43,659 nucleotides of DNA from Octopus bimaculoides (taxonomy: Eukaryota): assembly GCF_001194135.2 (NCBI RefSeq), contig NC_068998.1:5841102-5884760 (forward strand), written 5' to 3'. Within the stretch, counting starts at the first letter, position 1; each line of letters starts with the position of its first letter. Below the pieces are notes generated by a model, which saw only the letters and a list, made by a program, of their open reading frames with translations, did not search any database and was not told where the DNA came from. A program made the position numbers and the translations under genes. Below, one piece after another: positions 11,962-22,339 of this stretch.

Positions 11962-12759
11962 TCAGACAGTTGGTGGCATGTTTCTAATAAGATTCTGAAT
12001 CCTCGACAGGATTATCTCATTGGTGCTACAACAGTTGCCGGGGCCATACGGTGGTAGAATGGTCACAGCGCCAGCCACACACAGACACTTCTCTTTGCCG
12101 TCATCCTGACCCTTTTGTTCTTGCACAGGCAAGCGATTCTTCAGCAGCCATGACTTCAGCTTGTCCTTGTGTTCCGAGAGGGCTTCCTCACTCAGATGGT
12201 TGGTTTCAATGCCGATGTTGCCGCTGTCGCCAAAACCAAGGTGACTGTTCTTGCTGTTGAGGAACAGAGCATCAAGCCTGGCCTTAATTTCTTCATGATC
12301 ACTATCTTTTGGGCCATCGCCACTCCTACTGTCACCACCATTATTTTCATCTTCCTGCAACACAACCACATCGACAACAGCATGTCCTGGAATAACACAG
12401 ACCTCTACACTGGTCTTGGGGGTAGATGCAGGACTAGTAGTATTAGCAGAAATGTCAGAAGCCTTAACTTCAGTAGCAGCAGTAGTGTCACTCGCAGTGG
12501 TTGTGTTTGGAGTGGTGGCAGAGCTACTAGAAGTTCCAGTCTCATTAGCAACCGTGGAGGTAGCGGTATCGGAAACAGCTGTAGGAGGGAAGCGAACAAG
12601 GATGAAGCTGGAAGTGACCGGGTCGACTGTATAGACGTGACCCACATGCTCTTGGTTGGGGCCGGTGTGTACACGGACCTTCTTGTAGATGTACTGCATC
12701 CAGTGAGCAGGGTCTTGGGTGAAAATCGGGTGACAGCTTTCCTCAACCATGGTGGTCAT
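11962..12759 (-). CDS. GEMIN6: Gem-associated protein 6 (SMN complex), single coding exon, 265 aa (262 aa from second ATG)
   Basis: Motifs W-QYIYKKVRV, G-VYTVDPV-SS-ILV-F, VIPGHAV, LKSWL-KN-LP and LCVAGAVTILPPYGPGNCCSTNEIILSRIQNLI match the Gemin6 Sm-like N domain and C-terminal domain. The second ATG (12750) sits in a near-perfect Kozak context, ACCACCATGG. Confidence 0.93.
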   Translation of the reverse strand: MTTMVEESCHPIFTQDPAHWMQYIYKKVRVHTGPNQEHVGHVYTVDPVTSSFILVRFPPTAVSDTATSTVANETGTSSSSATTPNTTTASDTTAATEVKASDISANTTSPASTPKTSVEVCVIPGHAVVDVVVLQEDENNGGDSRSGDGPKDSDHEEIKARLDALFLNSKNSHLGFGDSGNIGIETNHLSEEALSEHKDKLKSWLLKNRLPVQEQKGQDDGKEKCLCVAGAVTILPPYGPGNCCSTNEIILSRIQNLIRNMPPTV

Positions 12760-13185
12760 TTAAGAATCAAACAAGACAAAAAGAGAAATGGAAAGAGGAG
12801 CAATAATAAAAAAAAAGGATAACAGCAAAACTTGGAAAAAGTAACTACTACAACTAATAGGTAACTTGGGCACAAGGCCAGCAATTTTGAGGGAAAGGGG
12901 CAAGTCACTATAATTTTCTATTTTGCTTTTTTTCCTTCAAATTCACAAATTTTCTTTAGAGTTGACAAATATGTTCATACAATTACCAGAATATGAGTCA
13001 AGAGATAAAATCTGCTCATGTGTCTGTATAAGTTAACTTATAAAAAGAAACTGTGTTTGTAGCTGTGAAACTGAATGTATACAAGTGCACACCCTTGCTG
13101 TGAGTCCGTATGTAGGTGAGTAAGTTCAAAGTATCTATAAAAAGCTATGTATGAGTGTGTATGTCTAAGTGGTTTTTATCTGTAA

Positions 13186-13217
<32 letters not shown>

Positions 13218-13497
13218 GTATCTATGAAAAGCTATATTTGTGTTTTTATGGCGTTTATAAGAGAGAATGTATGCATGGTGTATGTTTCCATACAAAGGTG
13301 TACTTGAGTCTGCAAAAGTTTTATATATCTTTGTTAGTGCATATGTATGCACTAGAGATTAAAAAAAAACACACCGCTAAAAGGTAAAACCCCCAAAATG
13401 CTCCAATTGGTTGTTTGGTTAATCCAGTTGCTATGGTTTGATGAGGTTAGAAACAGGATGACAGCAGAGCGTCCTCTGCACAACAGTGGGGAACCGG

Positions 13498-13711
13498 TTA
13501 CCGAGACAAGTTGAAAGTGTGGAAGTTCTTGTATTTCTTTATCAAGTCGCATTTGGTGATGAGCTGTTTACGAAGCACCTCGATGTGTTTCATCTGCTCC
13601 TCCCGTGTGTGCTGGATGCCCGGCATTTTGTCCACAATCTCGCGACCCCGTTGAAGCCGGTTCTTCAAGTCTGTCACTTTCTGGTGCACATCGTGGGAGT
13701 CTTTTTCAATA
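13498..13711 (-). CDS. MED9: Mediator subunit 9, coding exon 2 (terminal)
   Basis: Acceptor ctctttgtcttcag|T ATT GAA; encodes IEKDSHDVHQKVTDLKNRLQRGREIVDKMPGIQHTREEQMKHIEVLRKQLITKCDLIKKYKNFHTFNLSR*, matching the Med9 pattern DKDS-DV---L--LK------R------MPGI----EEQ---L--LR-Q---K--LL-KYK. Confidence 0.93.
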
Positions 13712-15559
13712 CTGAAGACAAAGAGAAAGTATAAAAGACAGAGAGAGAAATGGAAAGAAAAAAATCGGACACTCCTATTTTTTAATAACGAGAGCTTCAA
13801 AACAATTGCTTTCTTCATTATAGTGTAAGAAATCATCATCATCATCCTCATTCAACGTTTGCTTTCCATGCTGGCATGGGTTGGACGGTCTGACTGAGAA
13901 CTGGCAAATCAGAAGACTGCATCAGGCTCCAATCTAATCTGGCAATGTTTCTACAGCTGGATGCCCTCCCTAGCACCAACCACTCCAAAAGTAAAGGGGG
14001 TGCTTTTTACGTGCGACCAGCACGGGAGCCAGTCAGGGGATACTGGCATCGACCACTTTTGGATCGTGCATTTTACGTACCACCAGCATGGAAGCCATGC
14101 TTTCAAGTAGGAAAGCAAACAAACCAAATAAAAACAGCCTATAATTACCCTGACAAGATTGTTATAGCTCGTCAACCCATGCTAGCATGGAAAGCGGACG
14201 TTAAACGATGATAATGATGATCTCCTTATTAATCCATTAGCATATAAACTGGCCAGATACAGCCCCTCACACCTATCCTACAATGGCATTAAAAAAAATA
14301 AAGAAGATCTTGAAGGTATGAGATAATGAATGATTAATTGAAAACATGGAGAATGAATAAGCATTACATTCGACCGAATAATTTCAATATTAAAAAAATG
14401 TAAAATCCCCCTTTGGTTATGAATGACCATGGGATTGCACCTAGAAAGTTACCTTCCAAGGAACAAGTCCAGGCAAAGTTGCTTTATGGAAGACCAGCTG
14501 TTGCCGATGCATACCAGCCTCCCCTTTACATGCCACTGATGTTGTCCAAGGGAAAACAAAGGCAAAAGCCGACAGAACTTGGCACCAGTGACATCACAAC
14601 TCATTTCTACAGCTGAGTGAACTGGACCAACGTGAAAACAAAGTGTCTTGCTCAAGAACACAACATACAGTCTGGTCTGGGAATCGAACTCGCTACCTCA
14701 GGATTGTGAGTCTGACTCCCTAGCCACTGAATCATGCAACTTCAGTCAATGCTAAATAAACAGTTAATAAATATGTTGACAACATAATACATGTTTTCAG
14801 GGATTCTCAAGCCTGTACACACCTGTTAGCTGTCGTTTATATAGGTCAGAGCAGATGCAGTAAAGGTAAAAAAAATAAAATTTAAAAAAAAAGGTGGGAC
14901 AAAAAAGGGAAAAAAGAATTTAAAAAAACAACTTGGGGTGGGACAGCATCTTGAAAAATGTAGCAAGCACTGTCACTTATCAAACAGTCTTGTAACACTG
15001 AGACCATCTCGTCTATATGAAATCTACAGTATACTTAAAATTGTTTCTATGTCAACTGCATGTTGGTGAGGAAATCGTGGATTATTGGGGATGGAGTAAA
15101 TAAATAAATCAAGGGAGATTTACATACTTACAAAAAAAAAAAAAAAAAATCTTAGCCATACAAATACAGAATTGGAATGTAGACGGATTCAATGCCATTG
15201 TCGTTTGAGTTTATCTGTGGAAGTAACTTACATGTGAAGGGAGAGAATTCGATAAAACCAAGTTATGTGATTAATCAGTGGCTTAATTTCACCTCCCAGT
15301 TTCGCTTCACGGTTGTGGCCACTCCCCACTGAAGGGGCCACAAATAGTCTTAAATGAAAATTAAAGATAAACGCTGCCAGATTTCAATTTCTTCTACTTT
15401 GCTACCATAATTTCATTTTAAACAACTTCGTATAAAAACAAACTGTGGTTTAGGTCAGAGTCAGACCCAATAAAAGAAACTTATGAACCAAAAAAAATGT
15501 TCTTTTATAGAAATAGTACATTTCTAAATCTCTCAGAGATTTATGCAGTAGCGATACGA

Positions 15560-15733
15560 TGAAGTAGTTGTATGCTGTCAACTTAATGTGACAGTCCCAT
15601 GAAAGGAATAATAAGGACACAGGAAATGTGTCAAGGCCGACAGGAAGCGGTGCAGCTTCCTAGGTCTAACCAACAGCGGTATTATTCCCTTCAGGGGACG
15701 GTCACATTAAGTTGACAGCATACAACTACTTCA
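15560..15733. mobile_element. 174-bp foldback element with 54-bp terminal inverted repeats
   Basis: Arms 15560-15613 and 15680-15733 are reverse complements (first 33 bp perfect, 3 mismatches in total) with a 66-bp spacer. Confidence 0.75.
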
Positions 15734-16624
15734 AAAAAATGTTCTGTCCATAAGCAGTCTATTCTTTTTTTTCAGTCACAGTGTATCTAGGACTACATTA
15801 TTGAATGTATTTCTCCTCATGAAGACAATAGAATGTGATTTGAGGCAACAAATTTAGGAGGTGCTTTCTTTTCTAACCGACAGAGATTTCTTTGAGCAGT
15901 TTGCCAATTGCTTATCTACATTGGTGAGGATTTCTCCATGGAACAATCGATATCCTGGAGTTAAAACCCCAAAAGGGAAAATTTCCGAAATAGAAAATAA
16001 ACTCGCCAATAGTCTCAATCTCTTGAGTCTGTATCTAAAACATTTCGTTAAAAAAAAAAAAAAAATGGACAATTTTTCTTCTTTGAAAACTAAGAGTTAA
16101 ATTACATGTGCGTCTTGAATTAGATGTTTTTGAGTTCTTATTGGTTGTGTGATTCGAGTTGTATAATATAACCACATGTGGTTAGAGTTCTATTATAATT
16201 TGTATAAAACGAGTTATCTACATGAAATAAAACACAACAGAATGAAATACAAGTTTAAAAGCGCAGAAATTATAAATCAATATATAATAACACATTAACA
16301 AAAGAAAACTAAATTTATCTAAGTGAATTACACAAAATAACTCAGACAAAACATAAATAGAAGTATATAAATTTCTACCGGTCGTTTATATATGTGTATT
16401 TCTTTTTATAAAAGCAAACATTTAATTTTAAAAGTAATTCATAATTACAAAATAAATTAATTAATGGAAGAAATTAAATGAACAAAATCAAAAAAAAATC
16501 AACAAACCGTTAAATAAACAAGAAATAGGTTTTTGTTCGTTTTTTTTTTTGTTAGTGATTATGTTAAGAAAGTAGAAAGGTTAATGTTTGAAAAAAACGG
16601 ACAAAATATTTCTGTTGGTCTTAC

Positions 16625-16686
16625 CTTCGAATTATTTCATAAATTATTTGAAGGAAACTCAGGTCGTTTTCGACATTTTTCGCCAT
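16625..16686 (-). CDS. MED9: Mediator subunit 9, coding exon 1
   Basis: ATG GCG AAA ... ATT CGA AG|gtaag encodes MAKNVENDLSFLQIIYEIIR. The phase-2 donor joins exon 2 (AG+T = Ser); total 276 nt = 91 aa + stop. FL-II-EII fits the Med9 FLP---I motif. Confidence 0.9.
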
Positions 16687-16723
16687 GTTAGACACCAACA
16701 GGAAGTTCCGTTAAGCACGTGAC
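16681..16723 (-). promoter_or_regulatory. MED9 core promoter motifs: YY1-like AACATGGCG over the start codon, ETS-like CAGGAAGT (16699-16706), E-box CACGTGAC (16716-16723)
   Basis: Three housekeeping-type motifs within about 40 bp of the MED9 ATG. The motif matches are seen in the sequence; function is inferred. Confidence 0.5.
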
Positions 16724-16739
16724 CTGGTTGACTGAGATT

Positions 16740-17260
16740 GACGGAATGGGAGGAGGAGTGATGAGATAGAGGGGGAGGAGGTGAGTGTTAAGAGTGACGG
16801 ATATTGGAATGAGGAGATGGGGATATGTAAATGTGTTTAGGGAGAAGGAAAGAAAGAGAGAAGTAATGGAGGAAGGCTGGCAATGATTGGGGAAAGGAGG
16901 AGGAGTGCAAATAATGAGAGAGGAAGAAGAAACAGAGAGAGAGAGAGTAAGGTTGATAGAAAGAGAGCGAGAAATGAGTGGCAATTACAGAAAGAAGGGA
17001 AGGGGAGGAATGTTGATAGCGACAAGAGAGAAGAGAAGAGAAGAGAGAGAGAGAGCGGAAAGAGACAATGAAGAGAGAGAAAGATAGAGAGGGAAGAGAA
17101 AGATAGAAAGCGAAGTAACAGAGCGGAGAATAAGAGATAGAACGAGACAAAGGGGAAAGATAGAGAGGGAGAGATAGAGAGAAAAAAGACAGAGAAAGAG
17201 TGGTGTATTAACAGTAACAAAGCTAAGAGAGAGAGAGAGAGAGAATGAATGAATAATGCC
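16740..17260. repeat. Purine-rich (GA)n/(GAGA-AAG)n low-complexity tract upstream of MED9
   Basis: Almost purely A/G on +. A mirror-type CT tract occurs at 1550-1705. Confidence 0.9.
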
Positions 17261-18314
17261 GAATGGATTAAGGAGGAGAAAAGGGGAGTAAATGAGTCGT
17301 GATTTAGGAAAGTAATTTTTTTTTTTTTCACTAAACGTACTTTATCTGGTTTTTATTTGATATTAATTCTTCAATGCATATCAGTTCGATTTTTGTTTTT
17401 GTCAAACAAAAAGTTACCAGTCTGTGGCGCAACACTGAAAAATAACAATAGGAAAGACTGAACGTTTGAACTTAGAAAATGATTGGAAACAACAAATATA
17501 TGGAAAAAATAAATTGATTAAAAGAAATTAAAAGTTTCATGGATTTAATTATCGAAAAATTCTTTCACTTCAGAAAAAATATAAATGAAATCAGAAATCA
17601 ACCACCGAAACTGCAATCCCCAGAATTACTTCAACAAGGAAACAACGAACAGGGGCGGGAGGAATGGTAGGGTAAGAAACGAAAGATAGGGGAGAGGAGT
17701 AACAGATTGTACACCTTAGTCCGGGTGGCGTGTTCGGCTGTGCACTTCGGATATAATTGTAAAAGCATTGTCATGAAGAATGGTTAACGATACTCGTTGC
17801 AACAATTATTTCGCGTAAAATAATCGTAAGCACGCCGGGCAAAACGTTTAGCGGCATTTCGTCGGTCTTTATGTCCTGAGTTCAAATTCCGTTGTGGTCG
17901 ACTTTAATTTTCATCCTTTTGAGGTTGATAAAATAAGTACGGGTAGAGCACTGGGGCCGAACTGATTGAGTTACCCCTCTCCTGAAATTGCAGGTCTTGT
18001 ACTTTACAACACTTGAGACGGCGTGCTGGCAGTTACCGCAGCGGACAAAATGCTTAACGGCATTTTTTCTGACTCTTTACGTTATATGTTCAAATCTCGC
18101 CAAAGCCGACGTGGCCTTTCACCCCTTTCAGGATCGATGAAATGAAGTAATGGGGTCGTTGCAATCGACTAACCTCATAGCCTTCAAATTGCCGGCCTTG
18201 CGCCAAAATCTGAAAGAGTAGAGAGATGGGGGATCAGCGGGATAAAATGAGTAATTTCTGATTTTTTTGTTATTGTTTTACTATCTGTTTGAAATTGTTA
18301 CATTCCATCCCCCA

Positions 18315-18915
18315 TGAACTACGTTTAATCCGGTATTTAGGTTAGACTGCCCCCCTCCTACACGGGCTTCCTTTAATCCAGTACTTAACAGCCCCTTCCT
18401 CCATGGACTATGTTTAGTCCGACACTTTCGCGAGACTGATTCTCACCATGGTCTTCTTGTAATCCGGCACTCAGTTTAGACTGCCCCATTGTCCACGGCC
18501 TACGTTTAGCCCGGCACTTAGCCTAGACTCCTGTCCTCCACGGCCCACGTTTAATCCGGTAATTAGGCTTGACTGTCGCATCCTCCATGGCCTACGTTTA
18601 ATCCGGCACTTAGACCAGACTGTTCCATCCTTCATGGCGTACGTTTCATCTGGCACTTAGGCTTGACTGCCTCCTTCTTCCTGGTCTACTTTTAATCCGG
18701 CACTTAGCCTAGACTCCGATCCTCCATGGCCCACGTCCAATCCGGGACATCGGCTACACTGCCTTTATCCTCTACGGACTACTTCTCTAGGCCTACGTGT
18801 AATCCGGCACATAGGCTACACTGCCACCATCCCCCACGGCCTACGTTTAATCCGGCACTTTAGCTAGACTGTCCCATCCATCTTGGCCTACGTTTAATCC
18901 AGCAGTTAGGGTAGA
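18315..18915. repeat. Diverged ~47-bp tandem array, about 13 units
   Basis: Unit approximately GGCCTACGTTTAATCCGGCACTTAGCCTAGACTGCCCCATCCTCCAT. Anchors at 18547, 18594, 18641 and 18688 are 47 bp apart. The array runs up to the gap at 18930. Confidence 0.9.
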
Positions 18916-20570
18916 ATGTGGCTATATATNNNNNNNNNNNNNNNNNNNNNNNNNNNNNNNNNNNNNNNNNNNNNNNNNNNNNNNNNNNNNNNNNNNNNNN
19001 NNNNNNNNNNNNNNNNNNNNNNNNNNNNNNNNNNNNNNNNNNNNNNNNNNNNNNNNNNNNNNNNNNNNNNNNNNNNNNNNNNNNNNNNNNNNNNNNNNNN
19101 NNNNNNNNNNNNNNNNNNNNNNNNNNNNNNNNNNNNNNNNNNNNNNNNNNNNNNNNNNNNNNNNNNNNNNNNNNNNNNNNNNNGCGGTAACGTCTCTGTG
19201 GACGAGGGCGCGACCGCGCGGTCTCCGAGAAAGGCGAGAGAGCGAGCGCGGAGGCTGCTGGCGAAATCCCCTCTCGTTGAAGATTCATTCCTCCCGTTCA
19301 TCTCTCAAATCCCCTCTGCGTTAACAATCCTGTCAGTTCGTCATCTTTAAATTTTAGAAGGAAGGGAGTTAGTTGATTACGTTGACCTCAGTACTTTGAC
19401 TGTACTTTAGTTTATCGACCTTGGAAGGTAGGAAAAAGACCAAAGTTGACCTCTGTGGTGTCTGAATTCAGAATGTATATAACTGGAAGAAATGCTGTTA
19501 TGCATTTTATCCGACGTTCTACCATCTCACCGCCTTCAACGATAATAAAAATAACGAAAGTAAAGTGTGAAGAAGCAGTGAGTGTATTTAAAAATTAATC
19601 GGAACCGTTGAGCACAAAGGGAATCATTAAAATGGATTGTAGAAGAAAAATGATTATAAATTAAACAAGTTATAAGCAAACATAATTTCTCCAGCGAAAT
19701 TTCACGTTCAATATATTTCTTTCTCTTCATAAGATACAATGACATGCTTAAGGATGACAGAAAAAAGAACAATGAAAATTAATTTCCTTTTCTTATAGAT
19801 AAACCAGCGGTGGTAACCATGAGATACGAACTTATTACCTTTCGGTACCGGTTCCTTAAAGCTGTACAAGCATGAATCCTATCATACTATTTTCCGAATA
19901 TCACAGCATCCATGCCTATATTTTAGATACGACGCCTTCCACCTTAATTTTTGTAAAACATTAAGTGAAAACAAGGATTATTGCAGCAAAACAAAATTAA
20001 ACATATAACAACATATAAATAACGGATCTTGTTAAATTTCATCTGACTAGTTGAAGTTTTCAACTTCTCACTTAATTATTTCCCCAAAATGTAGTTCTGT
20101 CGTAGTTTTGTATACTGATGGCGAAAAACGCATTCAATTATTCTAGAAATTAACAATAAAGAAGTTATAAGCAACTAAAGTTAAGTAATTTGATCCTAAT
20201 TACTATTTTAAAAATAATATTTGTGCTATAAAAAAAATATTTATTAAATTCTCTTGAAAGTCACATTATCGAATCCGAGCTACAAAAATTTTTCTTCACG
20301 GAATGCAAAGATTCTTTCGAACCTATTTCAAGAAAGTAAGAAAAGTAATTTATGGGAAGAAGTAAGAGTGATCTCCCCTAGAAACAAGGCCTATAACTAT
20401 TTGGAAATCAATTTATCTACAAGAGGAATGTTTGACCATATTACAGATTTATGTGGCTTGATGTCTTCTCTTATAATTGGGGTTTATATCGCCTAAGATG
20501 CATCATTTCTCAGTTTCAAAAGTAATTTAATTTTCAGAGGAACATATAAATACTTTTTCATTCTTTTACC

Positions 20571-20646
20571 AAGAGAGGTATACCAGTGACTTCGCAGTTT
20601 CGGCTTTCTAGCAGACCGAAACTTCGCAGCCACTGTCACCTCTCTT
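20571..20646. ncRNA. pri-miRNA-like hairpin (candidate only)
   Basis: 26 Watson-Crick pairs by manual folding: 9-bp basal stem, small internal loop, 20-position upper stem with 3 symmetric mismatches, 12-nt loop. Confidence 0.35.
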
Positions 20647-20994
20647 AAAATATGTTCTCGACAAAATGTAACGAGTAATTCTGCAGCTTAATATCAAATT
20701 GTTTTTACCTTAATTGGGCATAAAAATTAATATATTTATGTATTGATGAACTTTTAATTATGTATAATTTTAACACTTGAAATTTGTAAATTCCATACAA
20801 GAAAATTCTATGTCAATGGTTTTATTACTTAGAATTATAAAGAAATTATAAAAGCTTTAATTAAATGGAGTAAATATTTGACTTTTTTCCTTTGTGATTG
20901 AGCAAGAATGAAAACAACACTGACATCTCATTTTAACAGATATATTAACCAAAATTATTTTAAAATATCTTGAAATATTAAAGACTAAGTTTAT

Positions 20995-21372
20995 TCAATA
21001 AAAATTGCCATTGGCTTCAACTACAGCTTCCAGACGACTTTGGAATCTCCTGCAACTCTTCTGGACGGTCTCCTTGTTTAAGTCTGTGAATGCTGCCATA
21101 ATCCTTGCCTTCAGTGTTCCTTTGGTGTTACAAGGAGCTTTGTTGGTCTCTCGCTCAACTGTTCCCCACACATAATAATCAAGGGGGTTGTGGTCTGGAG
21201 AGTTAGGTGGCCAGATGTTAGGGGTGATGTGGTCGCAGAAATTGTCTGACAGACATGACTGGGTTCTCCTGCTTGTGTGGTATGGTGCAGAATCCTGTTG
21301 CCAGACATAGGGTCTTCCAGCAGCCACCCTCTTCACCCAGGGCAACACTACCTCCTCCAGGCACTTGATATA
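20995..21372 (-). mobile_element. Tc1/mariner-superfamily transposase C-terminal fragment, DD37D (maT) type
   Basis: YIKCLEEVVLPW...WQQD-(37 aa)-D in SPDHNPLDYYVW, then C-terminal CRRFQSRLEAVVEANG. The 5' end is replaced by unrelated repeat sequence at about 21375-21500. Confidence 0.9.
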
Positions 21373-21554
21373 AAGGTGCTTTTCATGTGCCACTGGCATG
21401 GGTGCCAGTAACACAACTCCGACATCGGCCACATTACCTCTGTGAAGTCCAATGCACAGCAGGTGCTTTTTACATACCACTGGCACAGGTGCCACATGCC
21501 TAGAAAAGGGGACATTAAATGATGTTCATCAAGATTATATATATATATATATAT

Positions 21555-21938
21555 ATTCTTTTATTTGTTTCAGCCATCTCACTGTGGCCACGCTGGAGCA
21601 CCACCTTTAGTTGAGCAAATCGACCCCAGGACTTATTCTTTGTAAGCCTAGTATCTATTCTATCGGTCTCTTTTGCTGAACCGCTAAGTTACAGGATGGT
21701 AAACACAGCAACGTTGGTTGTAAAGCAATGGGGGAGGACAAGCACACACACACACACTCATATATATATATATATATGACAGGCTTCTTTCAGTTTCTGT
21801 CTACCAAATCCACTCACAAGGCTTTGGTTGACCTGAGGCTATAGTAGAAGACACTTGCCCAAGGTTCCACACATTGGGACTGAACCCGAAACCATGTGGT
21901 TGGTAAGCAAGCTACTTACCACACAGCCACTCCTGTGC
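21555..21938 (-). mobile_element. SINE family A, full length
   Basis: Reverse complement of the 3170/27713 copies along its whole length. Confidence 0.85.
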
Positions 21939-22339
21939 ATATGTATATATATATATATATAAAACAATATATAATATATATAACATAGATGTTATACGAA
22001 AATATATTAACATATATATTATATATGTGTGTAAATGATCTATTTAGATATAAATACTTATATATATTTAAAAATATGTGTGTGTGTGCACATAACTATA
22101 ATTCTCTCTATATATGTATATCTCTGTATACACACACACACATATATATGTATGTATGTATGTAAGTTGGTATGTATGTATGTATGTATCTAATTCTTAA
22201 AGTTTTGTCATGACTCTTAGACATGAAGCAACATGCATGTCTGTTTTATTTGTGGTTTATTTTATTCCCTCCATTATATGAAATATAAATAACAATATGT
22301 TGGCTGCAAGGCACGAACTTTCTTTTGTTAATACGTCAA

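Noticed and set aside
12169-12822. 217-aa plus-strand ORF and other ORFs overlapping GEMIN6
   Set aside because: Antisense or alternative-frame shadows of a real CDS, with no recognisable motifs.
13114-13121. Perfect plus-strand donor AG|GTGAGT between MED9 and GEMIN6
   Set aside because: No matching acceptor or exon found on +; a single 8-mer is expected by chance.
15861-16100. 79-aa ORF in the MED9 intron
   Set aside because: Non-ATG start, ends in poly-A, no homology recognised.
18315-18915. CRISPR-like interpretation of the 47-bp array (and of the 14-bp array at 34847)
   Set aside because: Eukaryotic context, no constant repeat with unique spacers, no cas genes.
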